Shown: positions 8,014 to 17,070 of the stretch, piece after piece | Layout: each line of letters begins with the position of its first letter | How positions within the stretch are numbered: position 1 is the stretch's first letter | IMG/VR virus record: IMGVR_UViG_3300045988_019835 | Span: 1-30,277 of that record | Direction: 5' to 3' (one strand) | DNA: 30,277 bases | Origin: a virus | Program-made: the position numbers and the translations under genes | The notes under the pieces: model-generated | Seen by the model: only the letters and a program-made list of their open reading frames with translations | Told to the model about the DNA's origin: nothing | Databases searched by the model: none

Positions 8014-10218
8014 TTAGAAACTCGTCTCCGACTGCTGGACCTGCACCCGCTTCCCGGCCTGCTCGACATCCGAATAGACCAGGTAGACACGCTGGTCGCT
8101 GGCCATCTGATTGAGCCGTTCCTCCTCGCTGGCACCGGTGAGCGAGCGAACCGTGGCCACCTCCTGCACCACGGCCGGAGGTGTGACAATCGCCGGAGTG
8201 CTGACCGCAGCCCCGGAGGAGCTGGACGACCCGTAACCGGTACCACCGGACGAATCGACAGAAAGGATACTCTTGATGTTTGCCAACCCCGTGGCAATGG
8301 CCGCCGCCATGTTGATGGCGCCCAATACCGGACTTGCGTAGGTGGGAACCGGCATAAATGCTGACTGGTAAGCAGCTTGAGCAGCCTGATACGTAGATAT
8401 GGTCGTAGCAGCGATAGCCATTGCCTTGCCTACCGCCGTGCTCTCTCCAGCCAGCTGCGCACCCGCCTGCAGGAGTGCTCCGGTCTGTTGTGTAATCATC
8501 TGTTTGTGCTTGTACTCCGCATCGGCAATCTTCTTTCGCTCCTTGGAGTTCTTCAACTCCTGCGAAACGCGATCCTTGTCTGCCTTGAACTCGGCGGCCA
8601 TCTCCTCGTCGAGTGCTTTGAGAAGCTGGACGTTCTGCTGCTTCAGGTATTTGGCCTGAATATCGGCGATCTCCTGCCCGTATTGTTCTAGCATCACTTT
8701 CCGCCGTTCCTGTGCCAGTTCTTCGGTGATCTGCTTCTCATCGACCATCGTCTCAAAGGCGGCCAGCTCCTGACGGAACTGCTCTTGCGCCAGGGCAAGA
8801 TCCCCGCTCTGCGTGCCGGCGCCCTGCTCGGCCTGCATCAGGGCCGTTTCATCACGGAAGGCTGCGTTGGCTTCACGAATGGCGGCGTTCGTCTCTTCGG
8901 CGATGCGCTGCTTCTCGGCGGCGGCCTTTGCCCATTCCTCTTTCAGCTTCTCGCTCTGCTCGCGTTCCTCTCGCAACTCCGTTCTGCGGCGTACTTCATC
9001 CTCGTGGATTACCTCCTCCCACGCGTCGATTCGGGCCTGCAAGGCGTCTTCGTACCCCTTCAAAGTTTCAGCATTCGCCTTTTGCTCCTTGGCGGACATC
9101 TGATTGTACTTCTCGCGATATTCATCCACAGCCTGCTGTGCCTTGTTCATCGCATCGGTAACCGATCTGCGAGCCAACGCATTCGCCTCTTGCTCTTTGC
9201 CATCGGCTCTCAGCAGCTCAACTTCTCGGGATATTTCGACGTCGAAGCGCTCCATCTGCTGCTTCTGCTTCTCCAACGCCTCTGCACTTGCTTCGGCCTG
9301 TTTCTCGATCTCCTTGTTGCGAGCGTTGAACAGAGCGAACGCCGCAGCGCCGGCTGCAGCCAATGCCGTAAGCGTTGCACCCAGTGGCGTAGCTATGAAG
9401 GCAATGGCTGCTTTCGTCATGCCGACGATGCTGTTCTTCATGCCGGTGAACAGCGACGGAATACCGCCACCCTCGACGCTCAACTTCCCGAGGTCGACAA
9501 TCAGCCCGGCCTGCGGAGGCAGCACCTGCTTCAGGGCCTCTTCGTATCCGCCGACGTTGCGCTGGAAGTTACCCATCGAGGCGTCTACCTCCTTCAACTC
9601 CGCATCGAGCAGTTTGATCTGCCCCAGCATTTCGGTGCCGACGGCGCCATCCCGCTGCTCCTTGCTCAACTGGCGATAGGCATTGCGGAGCTGGCCCAGC
9701 GTCTGCGACATCTCGACGTAGGAACCTTTGGCAGAGAGCAAGGCCTTTGTCGAGGCGTTCAGCGAGGAGCGGACATCGCCCTGCTCCGTGCGGAGCTTCT
9801 GCAACTCTTCCAGGTTCTCCTGCAACTCCTGGTTGTAGTCGTCGACGGCCATCCGGCCCTCGTCGTAGTCTTTGGCGATCTGCTTGATCCGGGCATTGGT
9901 AGCGTCGATGCCTGCCTTCAACTCCTGCATACGGGCCACAAGGAAGCCGAACGACCCCGTGTTTTCGTCGATGATCGCTCGCAGCTCCTGCATACTCTTG
10001 ACCTGCGCATCCTCGTCCTTGGCGCTGATCTCCATCGCCTGGTTGACCTCTTCCTGCGCCTGCGACATTCGGGCCTGCACATCGGCAAACTCCTTGGTGC
10101 CGGCCGTCAACTCGGAGAGGGTCTTTTTCAGTTTCTCGATCTCCTCGCGGAGTTCCCGGATGGTCTTCGAGCTGGATGTCGCATCCACCTCGATCACTCG
10201 TTTGATATCTTCTGCCAT
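8014..10218 (-). CDS. Tape measure protein (or an analogous long coiled-coil tail or ejection protein)
   Basis: 734 aa. It has long Glu/Lys/Ala/Gln-rich coiled coils interrupted by hydrophobic Ala/Gly-rich segments (AIAFIATPLGATLTALAAAGAAAFALF; AMAIAATTISTYQAAQAAY). Confidence 0.7.
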   Translation of the reverse strand: MAEDIKRVIEVDATSSSKTIRELREEIEKLKKTLSELTAGTKEFADVQARMSQAQEEVNQAMEISAKDEDAQVKSMQELRAIIDENTGSFGFLVARMQELKAGIDATNARIKQIAKDYDEGRMAVDDYNQELQENLEELQKLRTEQGDVRSSLNASTKALLSAKGSYVEMSQTLGQLRNAYRQLSKEQRDGAVGTEMLGQIKLLDAELKEVDASMGNFQRNVGGYEEALKQVLPPQAGLIVDLGKLSVEGGGIPSLFTGMKNSIVGMTKAAIAFIATPLGATLTALAAAGAAAFALFNARNKEIEKQAEASAEALEKQKQQMERFDVEISREVELLRADGKEQEANALARRSVTDAMNKAQQAVDEYREKYNQMSAKEQKANAETLKGYEDALQARIDAWEEVIHEDEVRRRTELREEREQSEKLKEEWAKAAAEKQRIAEETNAAIREANAAFRDETALMQAEQGAGTQSGDLALAQEQFRQELAAFETMVDEKQITEELAQERRKVMLEQYGQEIADIQAKYLKQQNVQLLKALDEEMAAEFKADKDRVSQELKNSKERKKIADAEYKHKQMITQQTGALLQAGAQLAGESTAVGKAMAIAATTISTYQAAQAAYQSAFMPVPTYASPVLGAINMAAAIATGLANIKSILSVDSSGGTGYGSSSSSGAAVSTPAIVTPPAVVQEVATVRSLTGASEEERLNQMASDQRVYLVYSDVEQAGKRVQVQQSETSF

Positions 10219-10313
10219 TTTTTTGGATTTTTACGAAAAATGTCTATCTTTGCTTTTGGCTTGGAGCAGTGTCCAAACGGCTAGCCTTGTTTCACTTCGG
10301 TGGGATGAGGCTT

Positions 10314-13300
10314 TTATTTTGACACAACGAACTCCTGGGTAAGTTCATCGCCCCTTATGTGAGCCCTTGATTCGAAGTAGCAACGGTTTGAAACCTCCTT
10401 TGCCTCGGTGTATTTTCCGGTTACCACTGCTACCGCAAAAGTGACGACACGATCCATATCTCCAGTGATCTTGTAGCCGAATCCCCTAGACCAATTGGCT
10501 TTGGATATGTGCAGATATCGAAGCCCTGTTTTCACGTTCGTGTCTATTCTCCACCGATAGGTGTTAGTCAGGTCAGTAGCAGGAACCGTTATTTTCCCGT
10601 TTTCAGACACGGAGAAATTATTGTTTGGTATGTGCCATCTACGCTTGGAACGTCTATGGACACGTTTGGCTCCATTTTCCGGAGGTAGACTAACCCTACC
10701 GCACCCTCGCGTCAAAATAGCGATTCGCTCGCCGTCCTTCAGTGGCCTAGATGTTTGCACGTATAGATCTGTGCCGTCGGTGGTAAGTTGAAGCCCAATA
10801 TCATACGGGACATTCTGTCCTTCGGTGTATGCCTTCATATCCATCACCTTCACGAACTCGCACTGCGTCGTGCCGACGGTCGTCAGCGAGTAGTTCGATA
10901 TGCCGTTCATCCGCCAGATAGCCCCGTCGAAGAAGAAGAACTTGCGAAGCAGCTCCTCACCTACCTGGATGCCTCGAAAGTCGACGTATGCCGAGCAGAT
11001 CCGCGTGTCGACGTTATACATATCCTCGATGTATTTCTGCCAGTAGCGGGTGTAGATCGAGGCTTCCGAGTTCACGGACAGATTGGGGATGTCAATCTCG
11101 GCCGGGATGCCGAAATCCATCGTCTGCACAATCTCGTTGCCGTTCAACCAATGGCGCCCGAATATCGGCATATCGCTTGCGGCGATTCCGTTCGACAGCT
11201 CCCAGCAGGGGCCGCCGTTGAGATTCTCCATCGCGCTTGAATCATCGGATATGATGAATCGGGCGTAGGCTGTTGCCGCAGCCTCGTCATCCGCGATACT
11301 GCCCCGCAAGAAGAGCAGGATGCCTTTGCCGTCGGTGGCACTTCCGTCGTCCGTGTGGCATTGCAGCTTCGGGATGATGTCGTAGGCCGGAAGCGGGACG
11401 TTGAACGGCGTGATTGTCGCCGTAGCATCCGGTGTGATGCCTTCGAGGTCCACGCTGTCGTCCTTGTCAAAGCCGTTCAAATAGAGTTTGTAGGACGCCG
11501 CCCCATTGAGGAACGTCGAGCAGATGCGCGTTCGGCCATTAAGCCCCGAAGGCCCATTCGGTCCGCTGGTGATGTTGTTGTAGTAGATCGACTTCTCCAG
11601 TACTTCGGCGCCGCCGGTGAACTCCACGCTTTCGAGCACGTCGTTGGTGTCGGCATTGAAGTCGTAGCCCGTGTTCACCTTCTGATCGCCGTACTCTCGG
11701 CCGTACTTCTTGCGGTAGAATTCGACGAAATCCCCTTCAGCCTCGCCCGAAGCGAAGGATAGCCACTTCGACTCGGATACCAACGGCGTGGTCTTGATGT
11801 CCTTCGACCGGTCGATGCGATCCTCGATGTCCACAACATCGTCGGTGTAGAGCGAATTGCGGGTCAGCAGCGATACGGTCTTCGATCCCTTGTCGTATGT
11901 GTATGACAGACCGAAGGTCTTGGAATGCGACAGCAGGAATTCCGCCGGGGTCATCGTATCGGACAGCAGGATGGATTGCGTGATCTTCGAGTCGCTTCGG
12001 TATCCAGACGTGGCATCATAAGTGGCGACGGCATCGGTAACGAAGGCCCCCCACGCATTGATATTCTGCCGAATGACTACCGATCCGTCGAAACTCAATG
12101 CGTAGGCCTGAAATTCATATAGCGGATAGACGGTGAATCCCTCCGATGTCTTGTTTAGGACGGCCGCGCATGCGTTCACTGCAGCGCGCGACACACGGGT
12201 TCCGATTGCTTCGAGACTCACGCCGGATACCATTCGCCACCAATACATCTCCGTCAGCCCGAAATAAGCTTTACCGTAGTATGGCAACTCTTCATAGTGT
12301 ATGTCGGGAGCTACGCCGAATCTCTTTTCGTAAGGAACGCCAGATATGTCTGCCAGATCCTGCGCAGTGAATGTGCCTGACACAGGCTGCGTCATGAACA
12401 CTTGAAGCGGACTTCCGGAAGTGACCCGCCCGTATGTGTCGTACAATAATAATTGTACGAATATGGCCGTTCCCTCAACGCCGGTAGCATTCGACGGAAG
12501 ACCGCGGTTTATCCAGAACTTATTCTGCTTGAACGTCTCCGTGGTCATGGCGATAGCGGGGTGAATCGTACAAGTAACCGTCACACGCGCATCCGGTGTG
12601 GTTAGGTAAGGTGACAGATTCCTGATTACAGGTATTCCGGAACGTCCAACGTTCACATCATCGGTGAAGGCGTTCCCTGATAATGTGATCTCTTCCTCCT
12701 CCCCATCCCGCTCGTATGTAGTCAGCAATGGAAGCGTTACCCACGCTTTCTCGTAGGCCTCGTTCGCAGAATTGAAGAATGTGTTATCGAGATTCAGCGT
12801 GAATCCTTTCGATGCGGCGTAACGGCCGATGGCGGCGATCATGCCCTTCACCGAAAACACGGGTCGCTGCAGGTAGCTCCGCAGGTCCTTCGTCTGCCAC
12901 TCCGTGAACTCCTCGCCCAGATCGTAGAGGGCGTTGTTGTTGATCGGACGATATACATTGCTGCCTTCATGATACGATACGACGCCCCCGACATTCGCGG
13001 GGTTCCCGACGCCCACATCGGCGCTGAAATCGCCATCCGGCAGTCCGTTGTAAGCCGGTGCGAAATTCACGACCTGCCACGGTCCGGCAGTACCGGCCCG
13101 AAGAGCTGCCCACGCCTCGGCCACGGTCTCCTTGTTGATCGTGAACTCGATCTTGTCCTCCGGGTCGTCGCTCAACAGCGGGAGGTCGGCCAACGTGAGT
13201 TCATTGCCTTCGTCGTCATACGACAGCGTGTAGAAGAACGACCCGAGGCCGCCGTATAGCGTAACGCCATACGTTACGGTGCCGTTCTTGTCGGTCACGG

Positions 13301-13613
13301 TGTCGAGCTTCATGTATCCGGATTCCAGCAACTCACCGGCCTCGTTGTATATCGAGAACGGCGTTCGGACCAGCGGGCTGAAATCCGTGCCGGTGCCGCC
13401 GTTTCCGGATGTGGTCCTCCGGTCGGCCCGGAACATCATGCCGAAGATCGCATCGTTGTTGCGCGTCGACGGCAGCGTCACCTGCTGGGAATAGCTGTTC
13501 TTGACGACGGCCGGGTTGTTCAGGTCGTCGGCCTTATAGTTCATCTGGACCAGCGAATCGGTCGAGAGATCGGCCTCTACATCGCCGATGTATAGTCTGA
13601 TTGTCCGTCTCAT
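10314..13613 (-). CDS. Large tail / host-recognition structural protein (about 1099 aa)
   Basis: The ATG at 13613 forms an ATGA overlap with the upstream stop, so the track start at 13700 was trimmed. Size and position are in the tail module. No catalytic motif recognised. Confidence 0.65.
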   Translation of the reverse strand: MRRTIRLYIGDVEADLSTDSLVQMNYKADDLNNPAVVKNSYSQQVTLPSTRNNDAIFGMMFRADRRTTSGNGGTGTDFSPLVRTPFSIYNEAGELLESGYMKLDTVTDKNGTVTYGVTLYGGLGSFFYTLSYDDEGNELTLADLPLLSDDPEDKIEFTINKETVAEAWAALRAGTAGPWQVVNFAPAYNGLPDGDFSADVGVGNPANVGGVVSYHEGSNVYRPINNNALYDLGEEFTEWQTKDLRSYLQRPVFSVKGMIAAIGRYAASKGFTLNLDNTFFNSANEAYEKAWVTLPLLTTYERDGEEEEITLSGNAFTDDVNVGRSGIPVIRNLSPYLTTPDARVTVTCTIHPAIAMTTETFKQNKFWINRGLPSNATGVEGTAIFVQLLLYDTYGRVTSGSPLQVFMTQPVSGTFTAQDLADISGVPYEKRFGVAPDIHYEELPYYGKAYFGLTEMYWWRMVSGVSLEAIGTRVSRAAVNACAAVLNKTSEGFTVYPLYEFQAYALSFDGSVVIRQNINAWGAFVTDAVATYDATSGYRSDSKITQSILLSDTMTPAEFLLSHSKTFGLSYTYDKGSKTVSLLTRNSLYTDDVVDIEDRIDRSKDIKTTPLVSESKWLSFASGEAEGDFVEFYRKKYGREYGDQKVNTGYDFNADTNDVLESVEFTGGAEVLEKSIYYNNITSGPNGPSGLNGRTRICSTFLNGAASYKLYLNGFDKDDSVDLEGITPDATATITPFNVPLPAYDIIPKLQCHTDDGSATDGKGILLFLRGSIADDEAAATAYARFIISDDSSAMENLNGGPCWELSNGIAASDMPIFGRHWLNGNEIVQTMDFGIPAEIDIPNLSVNSEASIYTRYWQKYIEDMYNVDTRICSAYVDFRGIQVGEELLRKFFFFDGAIWRMNGISNYSLTTVGTTQCEFVKVMDMKAYTEGQNVPYDIGLQLTTDGTDLYVQTSRPLKDGERIAILTRGCGRVSLPPENGAKRVHRRSKRRWHIPNNNFSVSENGKITVPATDLTNTYRWRIDTNVKTGLRYLHISKANWSRGFGYKITGDMDRVVTFAVAVVTGKYTEAKEVSNRCYFESRAHIRGDELTQEFVVSK

Positions 13614-14572
13614 AGTCTCACGAAATCCTGCGCGATGGTTACATCGATCTGATAATTCACGAGCTTGGCCCCGTTGTTTCGGAAGGTCTTTTCGGTCCAC
13701 GACTTGGCCGTGATTGTCACGGGCTGGATGATGTCATCCACCAGGTCATGCAGCAGGACATTCGTCGACCCGAAAAGATGGTACATCCGGGCGGACTCCT
13801 CGTCAGTCAGCCAGTCGGTAACGAGCGAGATCGTCCGCTCGATGTCGTTACGGTAGTTCACCGTTCCGCGGTCGGACAGATCGGCGGGCGAGTAGACCTT
13901 CTTGTACGTCGAACGAGTATAGTTGTCGACTCGTTTGTCGTTCCCCGCCGTCAGAAGCGAATCCCATCCTCCGAAGGCGTTGACGTAGTAGAGCGCATAC
14001 CGGGCGCACGGCTTCACGACATCGTAGGTCTTTGCCGAGGTCCCGCCCGCCGAATTCACGGATACCGTGACGGATGTTGCTCCGGAAAGAATGTCGACAC
14101 AAGCCACCCCCGATGCGGGGTCTCCATCGTAGAGGGTCTGGGTCTGAGGAGACGATCCTTCCGTCTGCGCAATCACCTTGGACGCCTCATACATCGATGC
14201 CAGAAGAAGCTGCCTTGGGTCGACCTTCTGCTGCACGGGGTCCGATGCGAAGTTCGGGGTAGAACCTTTGTAACTCCAATCGTTAGTGAAATCTACGGTT
14301 GCCAGTACCGCCCCGGACAAATCCTCTACGACAAATGTCCTCTGCATTTCGGAGGATGCCATAAAGCCCGTGGCGGCCGTCGCTATTTCGGTGTTCGATG
14401 ACAAGAAAGGAGCGCATACGTCTCCGATGTTGAACGATATATCGGAAACTCCCGGGCGCTTGTATGCCTTCCCGGTGTAGATTGTGGCTCCGTCACACTT
14501 GATGACATAAGACAGCGAATCATCTTCGGTCTGCTGGCTTACGGTGTACCCCTTCCATATAGGTGTTGCCAT
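13610..14572 (-). CDS. Tail structural protein (function unassigned)
   Basis: 320-aa ORF with ATG at 14572, translationally coupled to the large tail protein. Confidence 0.6.
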   Translation of the reverse strand: MATPIWKGYTVSQQTEDDSLSYVIKCDGATIYTGKAYKRPGVSDISFNIGDVCAPFLSSNTEIATAATGFMASSEMQRTFVVEDLSGAVLATVDFTNDWSYKGSTPNFASDPVQQKVDPRQLLLASMYEASKVIAQTEGSSPQTQTLYDGDPASGVACVDILSGATSVTVSVNSAGGTSAKTYDVVKPCARYALYYVNAFGGWDSLLTAGNDKRVDNYTRSTYKKVYSPADLSDRGTVNYRNDIERTISLVTDWLTDEESARMYHLFGSTNVLLHDLVDDIIQPVTITAKSWTEKTFRNNGAKLVNYQIDVTIAQDFVRL

Positions 14573-14620
14573 ACTTGTTCTTTTTTTGGGAAATATACAA
14601 TCTTCGGATTCCGTCCGCGG

Positions 14621-15124
14621 TCATCGCGTCACGAGGCTGTCGAGAGCCCCATCCACAGCATCGGACAGGTCGGCGGTGATCGCCTTGCCTATCTCGTCTA
14701 AGAACTGGTCATAGGTCAGCCCCACGGCCGTGTCGAGTGCCGGTGTGGGCTTGATACCTTCCCTGGCGATCTTCCGCCCGATCAGGAAGGCGAGCTGCTT
14801 CTCCGTCGGCAGCTTGCCGTTGTCCATCGGCCGGGGGACCACCGGCTTTACTTTGATCCATTCCAGGATCTTGTCCAACGGAGGGAACCGGCTCAACGGG
14901 CGGCGGCCATATTCGACATACTTCCAATAGTCCTGCAACGACAGATCCACGGCGTATGTGGTGCCGTCCCTGTTGACCATATACCGGACACTCTGCGACA
15001 GGAGCCCCGAAGCGTCCTTGCCTCGGTCTCGCAACTCCTTGCGGTATGCCTCGCATACGGCCTCGCCATATTTCATCAATACGGCGGCCAGGTTCGAGAA
15101 ACTGATCAATGTGTTCGAATCCAT
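14621..15124 (-). CDS. HK97 gp10-like head-tail joining / tail completion protein
   Basis: SGLLSQSVRYMVNRDGTTYAVDLSLQDYWKYVEYGRRP matches the tGnLrnSi...v...Ya.yvEfG signature of the gp10 family, as I remember it. Confidence 0.55.
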   Translation of the reverse strand: MDSNTLISFSNLAAVLMKYGEAVCEAYRKELRDRGKDASGLLSQSVRYMVNRDGTTYAVDLSLQDYWKYVEYGRRPLSRFPPLDKILEWIKVKPVVPRPMDNGKLPTEKQLAFLIGRKIAREGIKPTPALDTAVGLTYDQFLDEIGKAITADLSDAVDGALDSLVTR

Positions 15125-15399
15125 TCCTGATGCTCTTTTTTCTTCTGTTCGATCTTATCCCGGCGATATGCCAGCATATTGAGAAATTCAATGACCGGCA
15201 TTTCCCACACCTCGGCCCACGGCGTGCGCGTCAATTCAGAAACGGCATCGACATTGGCAATCCATCCCCATTTTGCAGAGAACGGATCAACCGGTTCGTC
15301 ATCCGGATCGTCTCCTCCGTCTGCGGGTTCTTCGGCATCTTCTTTACCGAAGAGCGTAGGGTATTGATTGTTGACCGATGCAATCTTCTCAAAAAAAAA
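15106..15399 (-). CDS. -1 frame extension of the chaperone-like gene (GT-like fusion C-terminus, about 98 aa)
   Basis: My translation of the -1 frame from the U-run is FFFEKIASVNNQYPTLFGKEDAEEPADGGDDPDDEPVDPFSAKWGWIANVDAVSELTRTPWAEVWEMPVIEFLNMLAYRRDKIEQKKKEHQEWIRTH*. It fills an otherwise 106-nt non-coding gap. Alternatively, a separate 31-aa ORF starts at ATG 15201. Confidence 0.45.
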   Translation of the reverse strand, partial: FFFEKIASVNNQYPTLFGKEDAEEPADGGDDPDDEPVDPFSAKWGWIANVDAVSELTRTPWAEVWEMPVIEFLNMLAYRRDKIEQKKKEHQEWIRTH

Positions 15400-15860
15400 G
15401 CGAGCAGTCCCAAAGCAGCCGTCACCGGCAGGAAGTCCCGGATTGCCTGCTGCACTTCGAGGATGTCGTAGCCGTCGTTGTACTTCATGCCCTTCGGCAC
15501 CAGGAAGCAGGAGAGCAGTTCAGCCTGTCGTCCCTCTCCGGCGTTTGAGAAATTCTGAAAGTCGATGTACTGCGCCGCCGTCATCTTCCGGACATCGGTC
15601 ACGGGTATGAGGGTCATGTCCCCGGACCGGTACTGCCGGGCGACTTCCGACGGCCGGGGTGCCGTGCAAAGGAATCCCGCCCGGTCCATCATGGCCCGAA
15701 ACTCCGGGACCTTCAGATCGAGGAGCTGGTCGACGGTCATATCCGTAAGAATCGACAACACGTGAAGGTTCAGTTCGTTCGTGTCGCCTTCGTGGTCGGC
15801 CCGTGCTCGAAGCAGGGCCTCATACTTGCCTACCGTGAGGCTGTTGTAGTTGGTTATCAT
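15231..15860 (-). CDS. Tail assembly chaperone-like protein, zero-frame product (G-like)
   Basis: 209-aa ORF right after terL. It contains a U9 slippery run, and a -1 frame is open from that run onward. Confidence 0.55.
   Translation of the reverse strand: MITNYNSLTVGKYEALLRARADHEGDTNELNLHVLSILTDMTVDQLLDLKVPEFRAMMDRAGFLCTAPRPSEVARQYRSGDMTLIPVTDVRKMTAAQYIDFQNFSNAGEGRQAELLSCFLVPKGMKYNDGYDILEVQQAIRDFLPVTAALGLLAFFLRRLHRSTINTLRSSVKKMPKNPQTEETIRMTNRLIRSLQNGDGLPMSMPFLN
15391..15399 (-). promoter_or_regulatory. Candidate -1 programmed ribosomal frameshift slippery site (U9)
   Basis: The minus strand reads GCU UUU UUU UUG in the zero frame (A F F L). U UUU UUU fits the X XXY YYZ pattern. Confidence 0.45.
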
Positions 15861-15866
15861 AGTCTG

Positions 15867-17069
15867 CTATCTGTTGATGATCTTGTAGTGTCCCGACTTG
15901 CGGAAGTCGGCAAATGGCGAATAGGATGCGTATCGCATCGCGTCCATGAAGTGATCGGCGAATGCCTGCGGCTCGTTCAGCGGGCGCCCGTCCTTATCTT
16001 TCGCCCAGCAGTAGTTACGGGTTTCCTTGATGCCCTCGACGCTCCGTTTCGTGATGAATAGCTTATACTGCTGCATAAAGGCTATCTGCTCAGCCTTGCG
16101 TGTCGCCTTGTAGCTCGGCTTGCAGTTGAATCCGGCCTGCGCAATCTCGGCGATACTCTTGGGCTCTGCAGCATCCGCGAAGATAGGGATCGTCCGCTTC
16201 GGCACCTTGTACGCATAGAGCGTGCGGATGATATCCCGGTTGAGCATCCCGGTGCGGTATTCCAGCTGGTCGACGTAGATCTCCTTTCGCCCGGTGTGGA
16301 CCTTGACGTGGACAATCACCGTCGGGTCGTTGGTGAATCCGAAGTCAATGCCGTATGTCTCGACCATATCCGACGACTCGGGCATGGCTTCGATCTGCGT
16401 GAAGTCGAAGATCACGCCTTCGGCCTGCCCGATTAGGCCCTCACCGTACACCCGCCACCAGTTGCCCGATCCCTTGTTGCTCTCGATCTCGGCTACCTGC
16501 TCGGGAGTCAGAAAATCGTTGTCCTTGTACGTCGAATGTATCGATACGCACTCGGGCCGTCCCTGGATGTTTTCATGTACCCAGAACTCCCGCACGGGGT
16601 TGTAGTCGATGATGATGCGGTCCCGGGTTCGGATGAAGAGCTGGCGGGCAGTTTCGTAGTCGACGTTCTGCGCCTCATTGATGAACAACCTGTCTCGGGC
16701 CGGGCCGTGCACCTTGCCGGGGCTATCTGCCGAAAAGAACTCGATCATGCCGCCGTTAGAAAAGGTGAAGATGTTGTCGGTGCGGTTCCATTGGCGGTCA
16801 TTCCATAGCTCCCAACTCTGCATGATGCTCTTGAAGTCACGGATGGCTCCTCGCTTCAAGTGGGGAAGAGTCTCCGACACCACGGATGTGATCTTCGCCG
16901 GGCTCCCGTCCGCAGCCTCGGCCAGGGCCTTCAATACAAGCATCTGCAGAATCGAGTATGTCTTCCCCGATCGGGCGCCTCCGCACGAATCCAGGTAGCG
17001 GGGGTGCAGGTTCCACGCCGGAAGCAGCTTCTCACGGAAGTTGCGGGAAAATGTCGCTTCCGTGATCAT
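15867..17069 (-). CDS. terL: Terminase large subunit
   Basis: 400 aa. Walker A-like CGGARSGKTYS, Walker B-like RLFINEAQ and a C-terminal nuclease-type region (IDFGFTNDPT...FADAAEPKSI...HFMDAMRY). Confidence 0.9.
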   Translation of the reverse strand: MITEATFSRNFREKLLPAWNLHPRYLDSCGGARSGKTYSILQMLVLKALAEAADGSPAKITSVVSETLPHLKRGAIRDFKSIMQSWELWNDRQWNRTDNIFTFSNGGMIEFFSADSPGKVHGPARDRLFINEAQNVDYETARQLFIRTRDRIIIDYNPVREFWVHENIQGRPECVSIHSTYKDNDFLTPEQVAEIESNKGSGNWWRVYGEGLIGQAEGVIFDFTQIEAMPESSDMVETYGIDFGFTNDPTVIVHVKVHTGRKEIYVDQLEYRTGMLNRDIIRTLYAYKVPKRTIPIFADAAEPKSIAEIAQAGFNCKPSYKATRKAEQIAFMQQYKLFITKRSVEGIKETRNYCWAKDKDGRPLNEPQAFADHFMDAMRYASYSPFADFRKSGHYKIINR

Positions 17070-17070
17070 G

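Noticed and set aside
8785-10284. 499-aa plus-strand ORF, with similar plus-strand ORFs at 1751..2638, 18729..19715, 19815..20546, 20728..21612, 23419..24061 and 25292..25873
   Set aside because: All are antisense to minus-strand genes with recognisable domains. Their composition is low-complexity and Arg/Leu-rich. No plus-strand ORF occupies a gap between minus-strand genes.
13614-13700. N-terminal extensions in the ORF track (starts at 4597, 13700, 18478, 25349, 27316, 28205, 29878 and others)
   Set aside because: Where I read the start codon (4597, 29878) it is TTG. The extensions overlap the preceding gene by tens of nucleotides and translate to low-complexity sequence. An ATG that abuts or overlaps the upstream stop by 1-4 nt exists in each case, so starts were trimmed to it.
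14709-15191. 160-aa minus-strand ORF overlapping the gp10-like gene
   Set aside because: It is an alternative frame of 14621..15124 with an Arg/Gly/Pro-rich translation. It is not the frame continuous with the U9 frameshift site. The -1 frame I support ends at 15106.
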